Of a stretch of DNA of 64,000 bases, positions 19,047 through 28,800 are shown piece after piece (the first letter of the stretch is position 1; each line of letters starts with the position of its first letter). Made by a program: the position numbers and the translations under genes. Below the pieces are notes generated by a model. It did not search any database and was not told where the DNA came from. It was given only the letters and a program-made list of their open reading frames with translations. This DNA comes from Vicinamibacteria bacterium (lineage in GTDB: Bacteria > Acidobacteriota > Vicinamibacteria > Marinacidobacterales > Marinacidobacteraceae). The DNA is taken from NCBI GenBank assembly GCA_963668695.2, contig CAXXLQ010000001.1, positions 64,001-128,000 on the forward strand, read 5' to 3'.

Positions 19047-22000
19047 ATGCGTCGGCTTTCGCTCCCCTTGCTGTTGATGGGCGTCGCCGCCCTCGCCAGT
19101 GGGCAGGACACCGGGGAGCGGTTGGTTCGGGTGACCGAGGGCACGAACTTCGCCGTCGCGGCGTCCCCGGACGGCGAGCGGCTCGTCCTGGATCTGCAGG
19201 GCACGCTGTGGTTGCTGCCGGCGACCGGGGGTTCGGCTGCGGCGCTCACCGATGGCCTGGGAGACGACCGGTTGCCCGACTTCCACCCCGAAGGCGACCG
19301 GGTGGCCTACCAGTCGTTCCGGGGTGGAACCTGGGACATCTGGCAGTTGGCCCTCCCCGGAGGGGAGCCCGAGCAGCTCACCGATAGCGAGTTCGACGAC
19401 CGGGAACCCACCTGGTCTCCCGACGGTAGCCGGATCGCCTTTTCCTCGGACCGCTCGGGGAGCTACGACATCTGGATTCTGGATGTCGCAACGGGTGACA
19501 CGAGTCCGGTTACGAGCAGCCTCGGCAACGAATCGCAACCGGCATGGACCCCGGACGGCGACGGCGTCGTCTTCGTGGCCACTGCCGAGGGCGATGCGGA
19601 CAGCACCCTCCAGTGGCTCTCTCTCGCGCCGGACGGCGATTCCTCGGTGATTCCGGGGTCGGCGGGGAACATCGCGGCCCCGGCGGTCAACCCGGAGGGG
19701 ACTCAGGTCGTCTTTCGGCGTCTCCAGTACGAGGGACTCACCCAGATGGGTACCCGTTTCGACATCGGGACCGCGAGCGAGTGGGTGCTGGTGCCCCTTT
19801 CCGAAGAAACGGACGCCTCCGACGGAAGTGAAGGTGCGACCGCGCCGCGAGTCCTCGCGGGAGCGGGGGAGGATCTGTTCCCCTTCCGGCCCCAGTGGCT
19901 CGACGCCCGGACCCTGCTCTATACCGCCGACGGTGGACTCCGGCGACTCGACGTGGGGTCTTCGCCGAGCGATGCCGAAGCGGAGCCTGCCGCTTCCGCG
20001 GAGACGGCCGCCGAGGTCATACCCATGTCCGCCGAGTTGGGCGTTCGCCGGCCTCCCGAACGTCGCGGCCGGATCCGTACCGATTCGGAAGGGGCGCTCC
20101 CGGTGCGGGGCATCATCCGTCCGAGCGTCAGTCCGGACGGGACGCGGCTCCTCTACGCCGCGCTCGGCGACATCTGGACCGCCCCGCTTGACGGTTCGGA
20201 GGCCCCCCTGCCGGTAACCCGCGACACCTGGCTCGACACCGACCCGGTGTGGTTGCCCGATGGGGAGAGCGTCCTCTTCGCGAGCGACCGCGGCGGGACG
20301 ATGGACCTCTGGGAGAAACGGTTGGACTCGGGACCCGGCGCCGGGCTTGTCCAGCTCACCACCCGGCTCGGGGCCGAGGTGAGTCCGGCCGTGACCCGCG
20401 ATGGCTCCCGGATCGCCTGGCTGGACGAACGCGGAAACCTGCGGGTCACGAGCCGGGACCTTGATTCCGGTCCGGACTCCGAGCGGGAGGAGGAAACCGT
20501 CTATACGGCGCGGCGGGGCGCCGGCATGCCGAGTTGGTCCGCGGACGGCGAAACGGTCGCGCTCGCCAGCCTGGTGCCGTACTCCTCACGCTACCGGGAG
20601 GGGCGGAACCGGATCGCGCTGATCGCCGCGACAACCGGAGAAGCACGGCTCCTCGAAGAACCGGCGGGCAGCTTCGGGACGCGCGATTCGGATGGCCCGG
20701 TGTTCTCGCCGGACGGAGGACGGCTGGCGTTCGCGCTGGGGGGAGGACTCGCGATCCTGCGGCTCAGCGCCGACGGCGTCCCCGAGGGGCCACCCGAGAC
20801 CGTCTTCGAGGGGCCCGTGGACTTTCCCTCCTGGACTCCCGACGGGACGGCGATCGTCGCTCTTTCGGGTGCGTCGCTGCTGCGTATCGAGGCCGACGGC
20901 AGCGGTTCCGAGACCATCAGGTTGCGGCACGAGTTCCCGCTCGCGGCTCGTGCGGGAACGCTGCTCATTCATGACGTCGGAGTGCTCGATGTCGAAGCGG
21001 GCGAGGTTCTGGCAGGGCAGGATGTCCTGATCGAGGCCGGCCGCATCGTTTCGGTAACCCCGGTCGGCGAGCCGCCGCCCGAAGAGATGCGGGTCGTCAA
21101 CGGTGAAGGGGCAACCCTGATCCCCGGGCTCATCGAGATGCACACCCATCCGATGACTCCGGCCTTCGGCAACCGCTTCGGGCGCGCGCATCTCGCCTAC
21201 GGCGTGACGTCGGTCCGGATTCCCGCTGCCGCTACCTACCGGGTTCTGGAGGAGCGGGAGTCCATTCTGGCCGGACTCCGGGTAGGTCCCCGGATCTTCC
21301 TGACGGGCCTCACCCTCGACGGAAGCCGCATCTACTACCCCGGCGCCGCCGCGCTCTCGAGCGGGCAGGGAATGGACGCGGCGCTGCAGCTCGCGCGGGA
21401 ACTGGACTACGACGTCGTCAAGACGTATGTCCGGCTCGACGACGAGTCCCAGCGGCAGGCCATCCGCCGCGCCCAGCGTCTCGGCGCCTTCGTGACTTCC
21501 CACGAGTTGTATCCGGCGGTCCGGTATGGGGTGAACGGGCTGGAGCACGTCAAGGGCACCTCGCGCCGGGGCTTTTCGCCGAAGATGACGGACCTCGGCC
21601 GCTCTTACCAGGATGTCCGGACCCTGATTACCGAATCGGGAGTGTTCTTCACCCCGACCATGCTCATCTACGGCGGGTGGGAATTGGCGCTCGCCCGCGA
21701 ACCCGATCTCGTCTCGTCCGACCGCCGCATCCAGGCGTTCCCGGCGTGGCTCGCTTCCTCGCTTACCGCCCCGCGGGAACCGAGCGGGAACCGCGAGGCG
21801 CAGATTTCACGCAACCTCGCGCTGATGCGTCCCATGTGGGAGACCGTCAGTTCCATCGCGGCCGCCGGAGGCCGCGTCATCGCCGGAACCGATACGCCGA
21901 TCGTGCCTTACGGACTCGGCCTCATCGTGGAGATCGAACAGTTGGCAGAGGCGGGACTTGGCCCTGCCGGAGCTCTTCGGGCGGCCACCCTCACGGCCGC

Positions 22001-22169
22001 CGCAGCCCTCGGGCTGGAAGGGGAACTGGGCGTCATTGCGCCGGGGGCCCTCGCCGATCTGGTGCTGCTCGACGGCAATCCCCTCGATGACATCTCGAAC
22101 CTCCGCCGCGTGCGCGCCGTGCTCGCAAACGGGCGGTTGGCGACGCTGGATCAGCTTCTCAGCTTCTGA
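19047..22169 (+). CDS. Exported amidohydrolase with TolB-like (PD40) beta-propeller repeats
   Basis: Signal peptide MRRLSLPLLLMGVAALASG; many WSPDG/FSPDG repeats; C-terminal IPGLIEMHTH, AGTD, GALADLVLLDGNP. Confidence 0.88.
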   Translation: MRRLSLPLLLMGVAALASGQDTGERLVRVTEGTNFAVAASPDGERLVLDLQGTLWLLPATGGSAAALTDGLGDDRLPDFHPEGDRVAYQSFRGGTWDIWQLALPGGEPEQLTDSEFDDREPTWSPDGSRIAFSSDRSGSYDIWILDVATGDTSPVTSSLGNESQPAWTPDGDGVVFVATAEGDADSTLQWLSLAPDGDSSVIPGSAGNIAAPAVNPEGTQVVFRRLQYEGLTQMGTRFDIGTASEWVLVPLSEETDASDGSEGATAPRVLAGAGEDLFPFRPQWLDARTLLYTADGGLRRLDVGSSPSDAEAEPAASAETAAEVIPMSAELGVRRPPERRGRIRTDSEGALPVRGIIRPSVSPDGTRLLYAALGDIWTAPLDGSEAPLPVTRDTWLDTDPVWLPDGESVLFASDRGGTMDLWEKRLDSGPGAGLVQLTTRLGAEVSPAVTRDGSRIAWLDERGNLRVTSRDLDSGPDSEREEETVYTARRGAGMPSWSADGETVALASLVPYSSRYREGRNRIALIAATTGEARLLEEPAGSFGTRDSDGPVFSPDGGRLAFALGGGLAILRLSADGVPEGPPETVFEGPVDFPSWTPDGTAIVALSGASLLRIEADGSGSETIRLRHEFPLAARAGTLLIHDVGVLDVEAGEVLAGQDVLIEAGRIVSVTPVGEPPPEEMRVVNGEGATLIPGLIEMHTHPMTPAFGNRFGRAHLAYGVTSVRIPAAATYRVLEERESILAGLRVGPRIFLTGLTLDGSRIYYPGAAALSSGQGMDAALQLARELDYDVVKTYVRLDDESQRQAIRRAQRLGAFVTSHELYPAVRYGVNGLEHVKGTSRRGFSPKMTDLGRSYQDVRTLITESGVFFTPTMLIYGGWELALAREPDLVSSDRRIQAFPAWLASSLTAPREPSGNREAQISRNLALMRPMWETVSSIAAAGGRVIAGTDTPIVPYGLGLIVEIEQLAEAGLGPAGALRAATLTAAAALGLEGELGVIAPGALADLVLLDGNPLDDISNLRRVRAVLANGRLATLDQLLSF

Positions 22170-22325
22170 CCGTTAGCACAAGAAAGCCGTTGGGAGTGCA
22201 CATATTTTTGGGGTATCGCGTTGGATCCCTGTGATACATTGCCGTCCCTCGCGCACCGTGTTCTCCGGGACTTAGTGGCCCACCGCGCCACACCGCCTGG
22301 ACCAAAGAAAGGAATCAGATCGAGC

Positions 22326-22601
22326 ATGACCAAGGTGGAACTCGTAACGACATTGTCAGAGTTTGCTGGAATCAGTCGTCGCGAAACCGCCGCGGTTCTC
22401 GACGGACTGCGTGACCTGGCGATTGAGGAACTCAAGGCTGGCAACGGCTTCATGCTTCCGGGAATCGCCAAGTTTTCGGTTGCGCACCGGGAAGCGAGAA
22501 TGGGCCGCAACGTCCGCACGGGGGAAGCCATTGAGATCCCGGCGCGGAATGTGGTGAAATGTAAAGTTTCACGCCCCTTCCAATCCGACTCCTGCGACTA
22601 G
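22326..22601 (+). CDS. hup: HU family DNA-binding protein
   Basis: MTKVELV...LPGIAKFSVAHREARMGRNVRTGEAIEIPA; SD-like aaagga upstream. Confidence 0.9.
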   Translation: MTKVELVTTLSEFAGISRRETAAVLDGLRDLAIEELKAGNGFMLPGIAKFSVAHREARMGRNVRTGEAIEIPARNVVKCKVSRPFQSDSCD

Positions 22602-22779
22602 CAGCCCGTAGACAAAGTCGCGCGGCGTTCGACCGGCGATGCATCCCGGCTGAACCGCGCCGCTACGCGTCGCTCATCGTTGCGCTTGGTCGAAATACAC
22701 TCGGTATTCCTCCCTCGCGCGCCTTGTCAGCCGGGCGCCTCACCGCTCTCGGCGCTCGTGCCACTTTATCCACGAGCTG
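22602..22779. mobile_element. Family A element (aaagt-type ends)
   Basis: ctag|cagcccgtagacaaagt ... actttatccacgagctg|ctag; the left CTAG contains the hup stop codon. Confidence 0.75.
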
Positions 22780-22928
22780 CTAGCCTCCCGTTCGGAGGCC
22801 CGCCGCCGCGGTGGACCCGGCGCCACTTTGCCGAGGTCCCGAAGCGCCCAATCCGAAGCGCCCAATCCGAAGCGCCCGGTTGCGCGGATTCCCCTGAAAC
22901 GGATATGCCTTAGCGGTTCACTTCATCT

Positions 22929-24566
22929 GTGGATTGCCAAAGGGAGGGCTTCGATTCGTTGACCACCGGCCGGGCTGAGCGCGTATCCGGGGCGTCGCCC
23001 CCGCTTTATCCGGCGACCGACCTTTCGGGGTATCGGGACGATGCGGCGCTCTGGCGCAGCGTGCCGATGGAGTTGGTGCGGCGCCACCGTTTCGTTCCGC
23101 TGGCTGAAGACGGCGAGCGGCTCTCCATCGTGGTGGTGCCTCCGGTAGTCGAATCCGAGGTGGACCGGCTCGAGTTGCTGCTCCGGCGTCCGGTCGTCGT
23201 ACATGTGGGGGATCCGGCACAGATCGATGCGATCATCGACCGGAACACCAACTCCAGCTTCCTGCTGGACCGGGCGTCCGAGGATCTGCGGATCGAGAGG
23301 CTCGAACGCGGCGACGGAGGTTCCGGCCCGCCGGTCATTTCACTCGACACGCTGGAAGACGGTCAGACCGGTAGCCCCGTGGTCCGACTGGTGGATTCGC
23401 TGCTCGTGAACGCCATCGAGCGGCGCGCCACCGACATCCACATCGAGACCAAGTCCGGGGAGGTCGTTCTGAAGTATCGGGTGGACGGCATTCTCTATCC
23501 GGCGATGGAGCCGGTGGACCGGGCGCACCATCAGACGATCGTGGCCCGGCTCAAGGTGATGGCGGAACTCGACGTCGCCGAGCGCCGGGTACCGCAGGAT
23601 GGACGGTTCCGGGCGGCGCTTTCCGGCGGAGGCGATCGCGATCCCCGCACCGTGGACTTCCGGGTTTCGGTCATGCCGAGCGTGCACGGTGAAGACGTCG
23701 TGATCCGGGTGCTCGACAAGCGCAGTCTCGGGAGCCGCTTCGAGGCGCTTTCGCTGGAAGCGCTCGGGTTTTCGGGCCGGGAGCTCGGGCTCCTCCGCGA
23801 ACACGCGCGTCGACCCTTCGGGATGCTGCTCGCCACGGGCCCCACCGGAAGCGGCAAGACGACGACCCTCTACGCCGTGCTCTCCGAGATCGCGACCCCG
23901 GAGGAAAAGATCGTGACCGTCGAGGATCCCGTCGAGTACGAGATCGCGGGAGTCACCCAGGTTCCGGTGAACGAGAAGAAGGGCCTCACTTTCGCTCGCG
24001 GCCTACGGTCCATCCTGCGGCACGACCCGGACACGATCATGGTGGGCGAGGTTCGCGATCCGGAGACGGCCTCGATCGCGGTCCAGGCAGCGCTGACCGG
24101 GCATCTGGTCCTCACCACGGTGCACGCCAACCACGCGCTCGACGTGGTGGGGCGCTTCCTGCACATGGGGGCGGACCCTCACAATTTCGTTTCCGCGCTG
24201 AACTGCATCGTCGCTCAGCGGCTGGTCCGAGTGCTGTGCCCGGCCTGCCGCCAGCCGGGGCAACCCGATGCGGCCGAGCGGGAGGCTCTGATGGATCTCG
24301 CATCGCGACCGGACCGGCTCTTCCGGCCGCGGGGCTGCCGGAAATGCGACGGAGCGGGGTACCGGGGACGAACGGTGGTAGCCGAGATTCTGTCGCTCAG
24401 CTCTCGGGTTCGGGAACTCATCCTGGCGCGGCAGGGAGGTCCCGCGATCCGGGCGCAGGCCGAAGGGGAAGGGATGGTTTCGCTGCGCCGGAATGCTCTC
24501 GAACTCGTAGCGCGCGGAGTGACGACTCTCTCCGAGGTCGATCGGGTAACGGCCCGTGAGACCTGA
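22929..24566 (+). CDS. GspE/PilB family secretion/pilus assembly ATPase
   Basis: ATDIHIE, RRVPQDGRF, Walker A GPTGSGKTT, TVEDPVEY, LRHDPDTIMVGEVRD, His box, CxxC...CxxC. Confidence 0.92.
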   Translation: MDCQREGFDSLTTGRAERVSGASPPLYPATDLSGYRDDAALWRSVPMELVRRHRFVPLAEDGERLSIVVVPPVVESEVDRLELLLRRPVVVHVGDPAQIDAIIDRNTNSSFLLDRASEDLRIERLERGDGGSGPPVISLDTLEDGQTGSPVVRLVDSLLVNAIERRATDIHIETKSGEVVLKYRVDGILYPAMEPVDRAHHQTIVARLKVMAELDVAERRVPQDGRFRAALSGGGDRDPRTVDFRVSVMPSVHGEDVVIRVLDKRSLGSRFEALSLEALGFSGRELGLLREHARRPFGMLLATGPTGSGKTTTLYAVLSEIATPEEKIVTVEDPVEYEIAGVTQVPVNEKKGLTFARGLRSILRHDPDTIMVGEVRDPETASIAVQAALTGHLVLTTVHANHALDVVGRFLHMGADPHNFVSALNCIVAQRLVRVLCPACRQPGQPDAAEREALMDLASRPDRLFRPRGCRKCDGAGYRGRTVVAEILSLSSRVRELILARQGGPAIRAQAEGEGMVSLRRNALELVARGVTTLSEVDRVTARET

Positions 24567-24593
24567 CACGCCTGCCGGACCGGGAGGTCACGG

Positions 24594-25436
24594 GTGACCC
24601 TTTCCAGCGACTCCCTCGCCCGGCCGGACCCACCGCCGCGGGCGGATCTCGCCGCGCGGCTCCTGGCCCGGGACCAACTCTCTCCCGATGCCCAGCTGCT
24701 CCGCTTCGAAAGTGAGGCGCCGCTTCGGGCTCTGCCGGGCCAGTTCACGATGGTGCGGGTCGAAGGCGGAGGGCTGCTGCGGCGGCCCTATTCCTTCTGC
24801 GACCTGCTGGAGGACGGTGCGTTCACCCTGCTGGTCAAGGAAGTCGGGATCGGGACCCGCGCGCTCATGAAGATGCCGGTCGGCGGAGCCATATCCAGTC
24901 TGGGCCCGCTCGGGACCACGTTCGATCCGCCCCCTCCGGACCTGACGCCGGTCATCGTCGCCGGCGGGGTGGGAATCGCGCCCTTCGTGCTCTTTTGCCG
25001 CCGCCTGGCCGAAACCGGGCGCCGCGGGATTGTGCTGCTCGGGGGCCGGCGTCGTCCCGACCTCTATCTCCGGGACACCTTCGAGGGTTTCGGGATGGAC
25101 GTGCGGGTTGCGAGCGAGGACGGAAGCGCCGGCCACCATGGGCGCGTGACGGAGTTGCTCGACGCCGCCCTCGCGGACGCGGGTCGGCCGCAGCTCTACT
25201 CCTGTGGTCCGACCGGAATGCTGCTTCGCGTCGCGGAGGCCGGGGCCGACGCCGGCGTTCCTCATCAGGTCTCGATCGAGCGCCGGATGGGCTGCGGGAT
25301 GGGATGCTGTTTGGGCTGCGTCGTCTGGGCCCGGCCGCCTTCCGGCGGCCCGGAGGAATACCTTCGGAGTTGCACCGAAGGACCGGTGTTCGACGCCGGA
25401 ACAATCGCTTGGGACCAGGATCCCCACCCTCTCTAG
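24594..25436 (+). CDS. pyrK: Dihydroorotate dehydrogenase electron transfer subunit
   Basis: LRRPYS, GPLG, AGGVGIAP, CGP, MGCGMGCCLGC...CTEGPVF; next to pyrD. Confidence 0.9.
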   Translation: MTLSSDSLARPDPPPRADLAARLLARDQLSPDAQLLRFESEAPLRALPGQFTMVRVEGGGLLRRPYSFCDLLEDGAFTLLVKEVGIGTRALMKMPVGGAISSLGPLGTTFDPPPPDLTPVIVAGGVGIAPFVLFCRRLAETGRRGIVLLGGRRRPDLYLRDTFEGFGMDVRVASEDGSAGHHGRVTELLDAALADAGRPQLYSCGPTGMLLRVAEAGADAGVPHQVSIERRMGCGMGCCLGCVVWARPPSGGPEEYLRSCTEGPVFDAGTIAWDQDPHPL

Positions 25437-25533
25437 CAGCCCATGGAAGAAGCACCCCGGATGGCCGCCGCCGCGCGAGACGCGCGAAATCTACGGATTT
25501 CTCCGAATGCGGAGCGCTTTTCCCTCGGGCGAG

Positions 25534-26108
25534 CAGCCTGTGGACAAAGTCACGCGGCATTCCCGAGCCAAGAGGGATGGGAGCCGGGTATCCCCGTCCC
25601 CCATCCCTCTCGCTCCGGGGTCTCCGCGGTGCTGGCGCCCCGCTCCGGAAGCCCGAGCCAGAAGGGATGGGGGTCGGGTGGCCCCGCCCCCCGTCCCTTC
25701 CGCTCCGGGGTCTCCGCGGTGCTTGCGCCCCGCTCCGGAAGCCCGAGCCAGAAGGGATGGGGGTCGGGTGGCCCCGCCCCCCGTCCCTTCCGCTCCGGGG
25801 TCTCCGCGGTGCTGGCGCCCCGCTCCGGAAGCCCGAGCCAGAAGGGATGGGGGTCGGGTGGCCCCGCCCCCCGTCCCTTCCGCTCCGGGGTCTCCGCGGT
25901 GCTGGCGCCCCGCTCCGGAAGCGAGCGGCGATGCACCCCGACTGGCCCCCACCGGGAGAACTGGCCGCCCCGCTTCGCGTGGCTCATCGTTGCGCTTCGG
26001 TCGAAATACACTCGGGCCAGTTCTCCCGGTGGGGGCTCCTCCCTCGCGCGCCTTGTCAGCCGGGCGCCTCACCACTCTCGGTGCTCACGTCACTTTGTTT
26101 ACAGGCTG
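25534..26108. mobile_element. Family A element carrying 4 x 90-bp tandem units
   Basis: Ends cagcctgtggacaaagtcac / gtcactttgtttacaggctg; 90-bp units at 25562/25652/25742/25832. An extra left-end-like ctagcagccc overlaps the pyrK stop. Confidence 0.75.
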
Positions 26109-26239
26109 CCTGCGGCGCGAATCGCTACGCGATTCACACCACGGTTTTTCGTGGGCAGGGGAAACCCCTCCCTATACCCCGCCCCTGCGGCGCTCCGCGC
26201 CGCTGGTTCACGATGGGCGACTTTCGCCACCGGTCTTCG

Positions 26240-27190
26240 ATGACTCCCGTCGCCTTGCCGTCCGTCGATATGGGAGTGGAAATCGCTGGTCTGAAGTTGC
26301 CCACGCCCCTGATTGCCGCCAGTGGAACCTTCGGCTACGGCGACGAGTACCAGCAGGTGGCGGACTACGACTGCATCGGAGCGATCTCGGTCAAGGGGCT
26401 GTACCTCGAACCCCGAAAGGGATGTCCGCCTCCGCGAATCTGGGAGACGCCGTCCGGTATGCTGAACGCCATCGGACTTCAGGAGGTCGGAATCCGGCGT
26501 TTCCTGGCCGAGAAGCTTCCGGTCGTCCGGGCCCTCGGCAAGATCGTCATTGCCAACATCTGCGGCAGTTCGCTCGCCGAGTACGGCGAGTTGGCCAGGA
26601 TCCTCGACCAGGCGGAGGGGGTTGCCGGCATCGAAGTGAACATTTCGTGTCCCAACGTTGCCGAGGGAGGGATCGAGTTCGGATGTGACCCGGACATGGC
26701 GGCGCGCGCCACTGAGGTGGTGCGCCGGGGGACCCGACTGCCGGTGATTCCGAAACTCAGTCCCAGCGCCAGCGACCTGGCCGCGGTGGCTCGCCGGGTT
26801 GCGGAGGCAGGAGCCGATGCGGTGTCCCTCATCAACACCATCCCCGCGATGGCAGTGGATGTGGAGACGCGCCGGCCGCGGCTCGCCAACGTAGTGGGGG
26901 GGTTGTCGGGCCCTGCGATTCGTCCGATTGCAGTCCGCATGGTGTGGGAGGTGGCGCGGGGCAGCCGGCTGCCGGTGATCGGCATGGGCGGAATCGCGAA
27001 CGCCGAGGACGCCCTTGAATTCCTGCTCGTCGGGGCCGCGGCGGTGCAGATCGGCACCATGAACTTCGTGGACCCCGGGGTCTGGCGGCGCACTCTCGAC
27101 GGCCTTGCCGCGTACTGCCGGCGGCACGAGGTTCCGGCGGTGCGCACGCTGACCGGCGCGATGCTCCCGGCTGCGGGGTCTCGGGCGTGA
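26240..27190 (+). CDS. pyrD: Dihydroorotate dehydrogenase (class 1B)
   Basis: ASGTFGYG, MLNAIGL, EVNISCPN, PKLSP, INTI, GGLSGPAIRP. Confidence 0.93.
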   Translation: MTPVALPSVDMGVEIAGLKLPTPLIAASGTFGYGDEYQQVADYDCIGAISVKGLYLEPRKGCPPPRIWETPSGMLNAIGLQEVGIRRFLAEKLPVVRALGKIVIANICGSSLAEYGELARILDQAEGVAGIEVNISCPNVAEGGIEFGCDPDMAARATEVVRRGTRLPVIPKLSPSASDLAAVARRVAEAGADAVSLINTIPAMAVDVETRRPRLANVVGGLSGPAIRPIAVRMVWEVARGSRLPVIGMGGIANAEDALEFLLVGAAAVQIGTMNFVDPGVWRRTLDGLAAYCRRHEVPAVRTLTGAMLPAAGSRA

Positions 27191-27948
27191 CGGTTTCTTC
27201 CGCCCCGGGCTCTGGCTCCGCCCCCCCCGCAATACCCGGATGGGTGGCTCCTCCCGGCGCCGGGGAGCTGGTGGTTGCCGTCGACACCGCGTCCCTCGAC
27301 GAGGCGATGCGTCTTCGGGACACCCTGGCGGGCGCCGCCTCGTTCTACAAGGTGGGGAAGGAACTCTTCACCGCGGCCGGACCGCGCGCGGTCTCCGAGT
27401 TTGCCTCGGCAGGGCGCGTGTTCCTGGACCTCAAGTTCCACGACATTCCGGCAACGGTCGCGGGCGCGGTGCGAGCGTCGGCGGGGTTGGGAGCCAGCAT
27501 CGTGGATGTCCATGCCTCCGGGGGAAGGCCGATGCTCGAGGCGGCTGTCCGAGCCGCCTGGTCCACCCCGGCGCCGCCCCTGCTGCTCGGAGTAACCGTG
27601 CTGACCCACTTCGACCGGGAGAGCGCCGCTGAGGTCTATCCCGGGATTTCCATTGCGGACCAGGTTCTGAATCTCGCCCGGCTCACCCGGGCGGCCGGGC
27701 TGGGGGGAGTGGTCGCGTCCGCCTCGGAGGCGGAAGAACTTCGCAGCACTTTCGGCGACGATTTCGTGCTGCTCGTGCCGGGAGTCCGTCCCCGCTGGGC
27801 GGCCGAAGCGCACGACCAGCGCCGGGTCGCCACCCCGGGCGAGGCAGCGCGGCGAGGGGCGAACTACATCGTCGTCGGCCGGGCCATCACCAGGCACGCC
27901 GACCCCCGGACGGCGGCGCTTCGGATCGTCGAAGAAATCCGCGGCTGA
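27187..27948 (+). CDS. pyrF: Orotidine-5'-phosphate decarboxylase
   Basis: YKVG, FLDLKFHDIPATV, VTVLT, PGVR, DQRRVATP, VVGRAIT. Confidence 0.95.
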   Translation: MTVSSAPGSGSAPPAIPGWVAPPGAGELVVAVDTASLDEAMRLRDTLAGAASFYKVGKELFTAAGPRAVSEFASAGRVFLDLKFHDIPATVAGAVRASAGLGASIVDVHASGGRPMLEAAVRAAWSTPAPPLLLGVTVLTHFDRESAAEVYPGISIADQVLNLARLTRAAGLGGVVASASEAEELRSTFGDDFVLLVPGVRPRWAAEAHDQRRVATPGEAARRGANYIVVGRAITRHADPRTAALRIVEEIRG

Positions 27949-28005
27949 CAGGCGTCTGGTGCGATCCGAAATAGCCAGCGCGGACCGAAAATCGCAGGTC
28001 TAACG

Positions 28006-28034
28006 TTGACTCGCAGAGAGCGTTCCGATAGCCT
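28006..28034 (+). promoter_or_regulatory. Probable sigma70 promoter for pal
   Basis: TTGACT-17 bp-TAGCCT; SD GGAGG at 28063. Confidence 0.55.
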
Positions 28035-28075
28035 CCCAAGTGGCTGTTATTTCGCTGTCCCCGGAGGTTTTCCTT

Positions 28076-28642
28076 GTGAGAAAAGCTATCGCCACCTTGC
28101 TGTTGCTCTCTCTCGCGACGGTTGCTCTTGGGTTCGCCTTGTCCGCGTGCTCCAAGGCGCCTCCGCCTCCGCCTCCGCCGCCGGAGGAGCCGCCTCCTCC
28201 GCCGCCTCCGCCACCGCCGCCTCCGCCACCGCCACCACCACCGCCGCCACCGCCGCCGACGGAGCGGGACATGTATCTGGACACCGACATGATGGAGCTC
28301 CAGAGGAACCTCTCGGACGTTCACTTCGCCTATGACGAGTCGGAGTTGACCGATGCCTCGCGAAGCGCGCTTCAAGCCAACTCGGCTTGGTTGCAGCAGC
28401 CCTATGTCTCGGCGCAGATCCAGATCGAGGGCCATTGCGACGAGCGCGGCACCGTGGAATACAACCAGGCGCTCGGTGAGCGGCGGGGGCGCGCAGCCTA
28501 CGACTACCTCGTTTCGCTGGGGGTGCCGGACAGCCGGATCGAGATGGTGAGCTACGGGAAGGAGCGCCCGCAGTGCACCGAGAGCGACGAAGACTGCTGG
28601 CAGCGGAACCGTCGCGCCCACTTCAAGATCACGACCAAGTAG
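28076..28642 (+). CDS. pal: Peptidoglycan-associated lipoprotein (OmpA family) with polyproline linker
   Basis: Lipobox LSAC; VHFAYD, IEGHCDERGTVEYNQALGERR, VSYGKERP, NRRAHF; P8-EE-P23 linker. Confidence 0.9.
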   Translation: MRKAIATLLLLSLATVALGFALSACSKAPPPPPPPPEEPPPPPPPPPPPPPPPPPPPPPPPTERDMYLDTDMMELQRNLSDVHFAYDESELTDASRSALQANSAWLQQPYVSAQIQIEGHCDERGTVEYNQALGERRGRAAYDYLVSLGVPDSRIEMVSYGKERPQCTESDEDCWQRNRRAHFKITTK

Positions 28643-28656
28643 CGACTTCCGCTTCC

Positions 28657-28696
28657 GAAAGCGCTCCGGTCGAAAGACCGGGGCGCTTTCTTCTTT
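28657..28696 (+). terminator. Rho-independent terminator after pal
   Basis: gaaagcgctccggtc-gaaa-gaccggggcgctttc hairpin followed by ttcttt. Confidence 0.75.
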
Positions 28697-28800
28697 GTGC
28701 CCGGATTTGTGCCCGGACGCGGTCCGAAGCCTCTTCCGGGCCCGCGCCCGGCCACGACACGGCCCGCGAGAGGATCAGCCGGGCATCAACCCCGTTTGGG

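Noticed and set aside
25562-25921. Possible CRISPR array or repeat-protein gene (90-bp period); pyrK-pyrD fusion ORF 24995..27190
   Set aside because: No spacers; the same unit occurs inverted elsewhere in non-coding context; PyrD homology starts only near 26240.
28000-28290. Poly-glycine ORF on the minus strand
   Set aside because: Antisense reading of the Pal polyproline tract.
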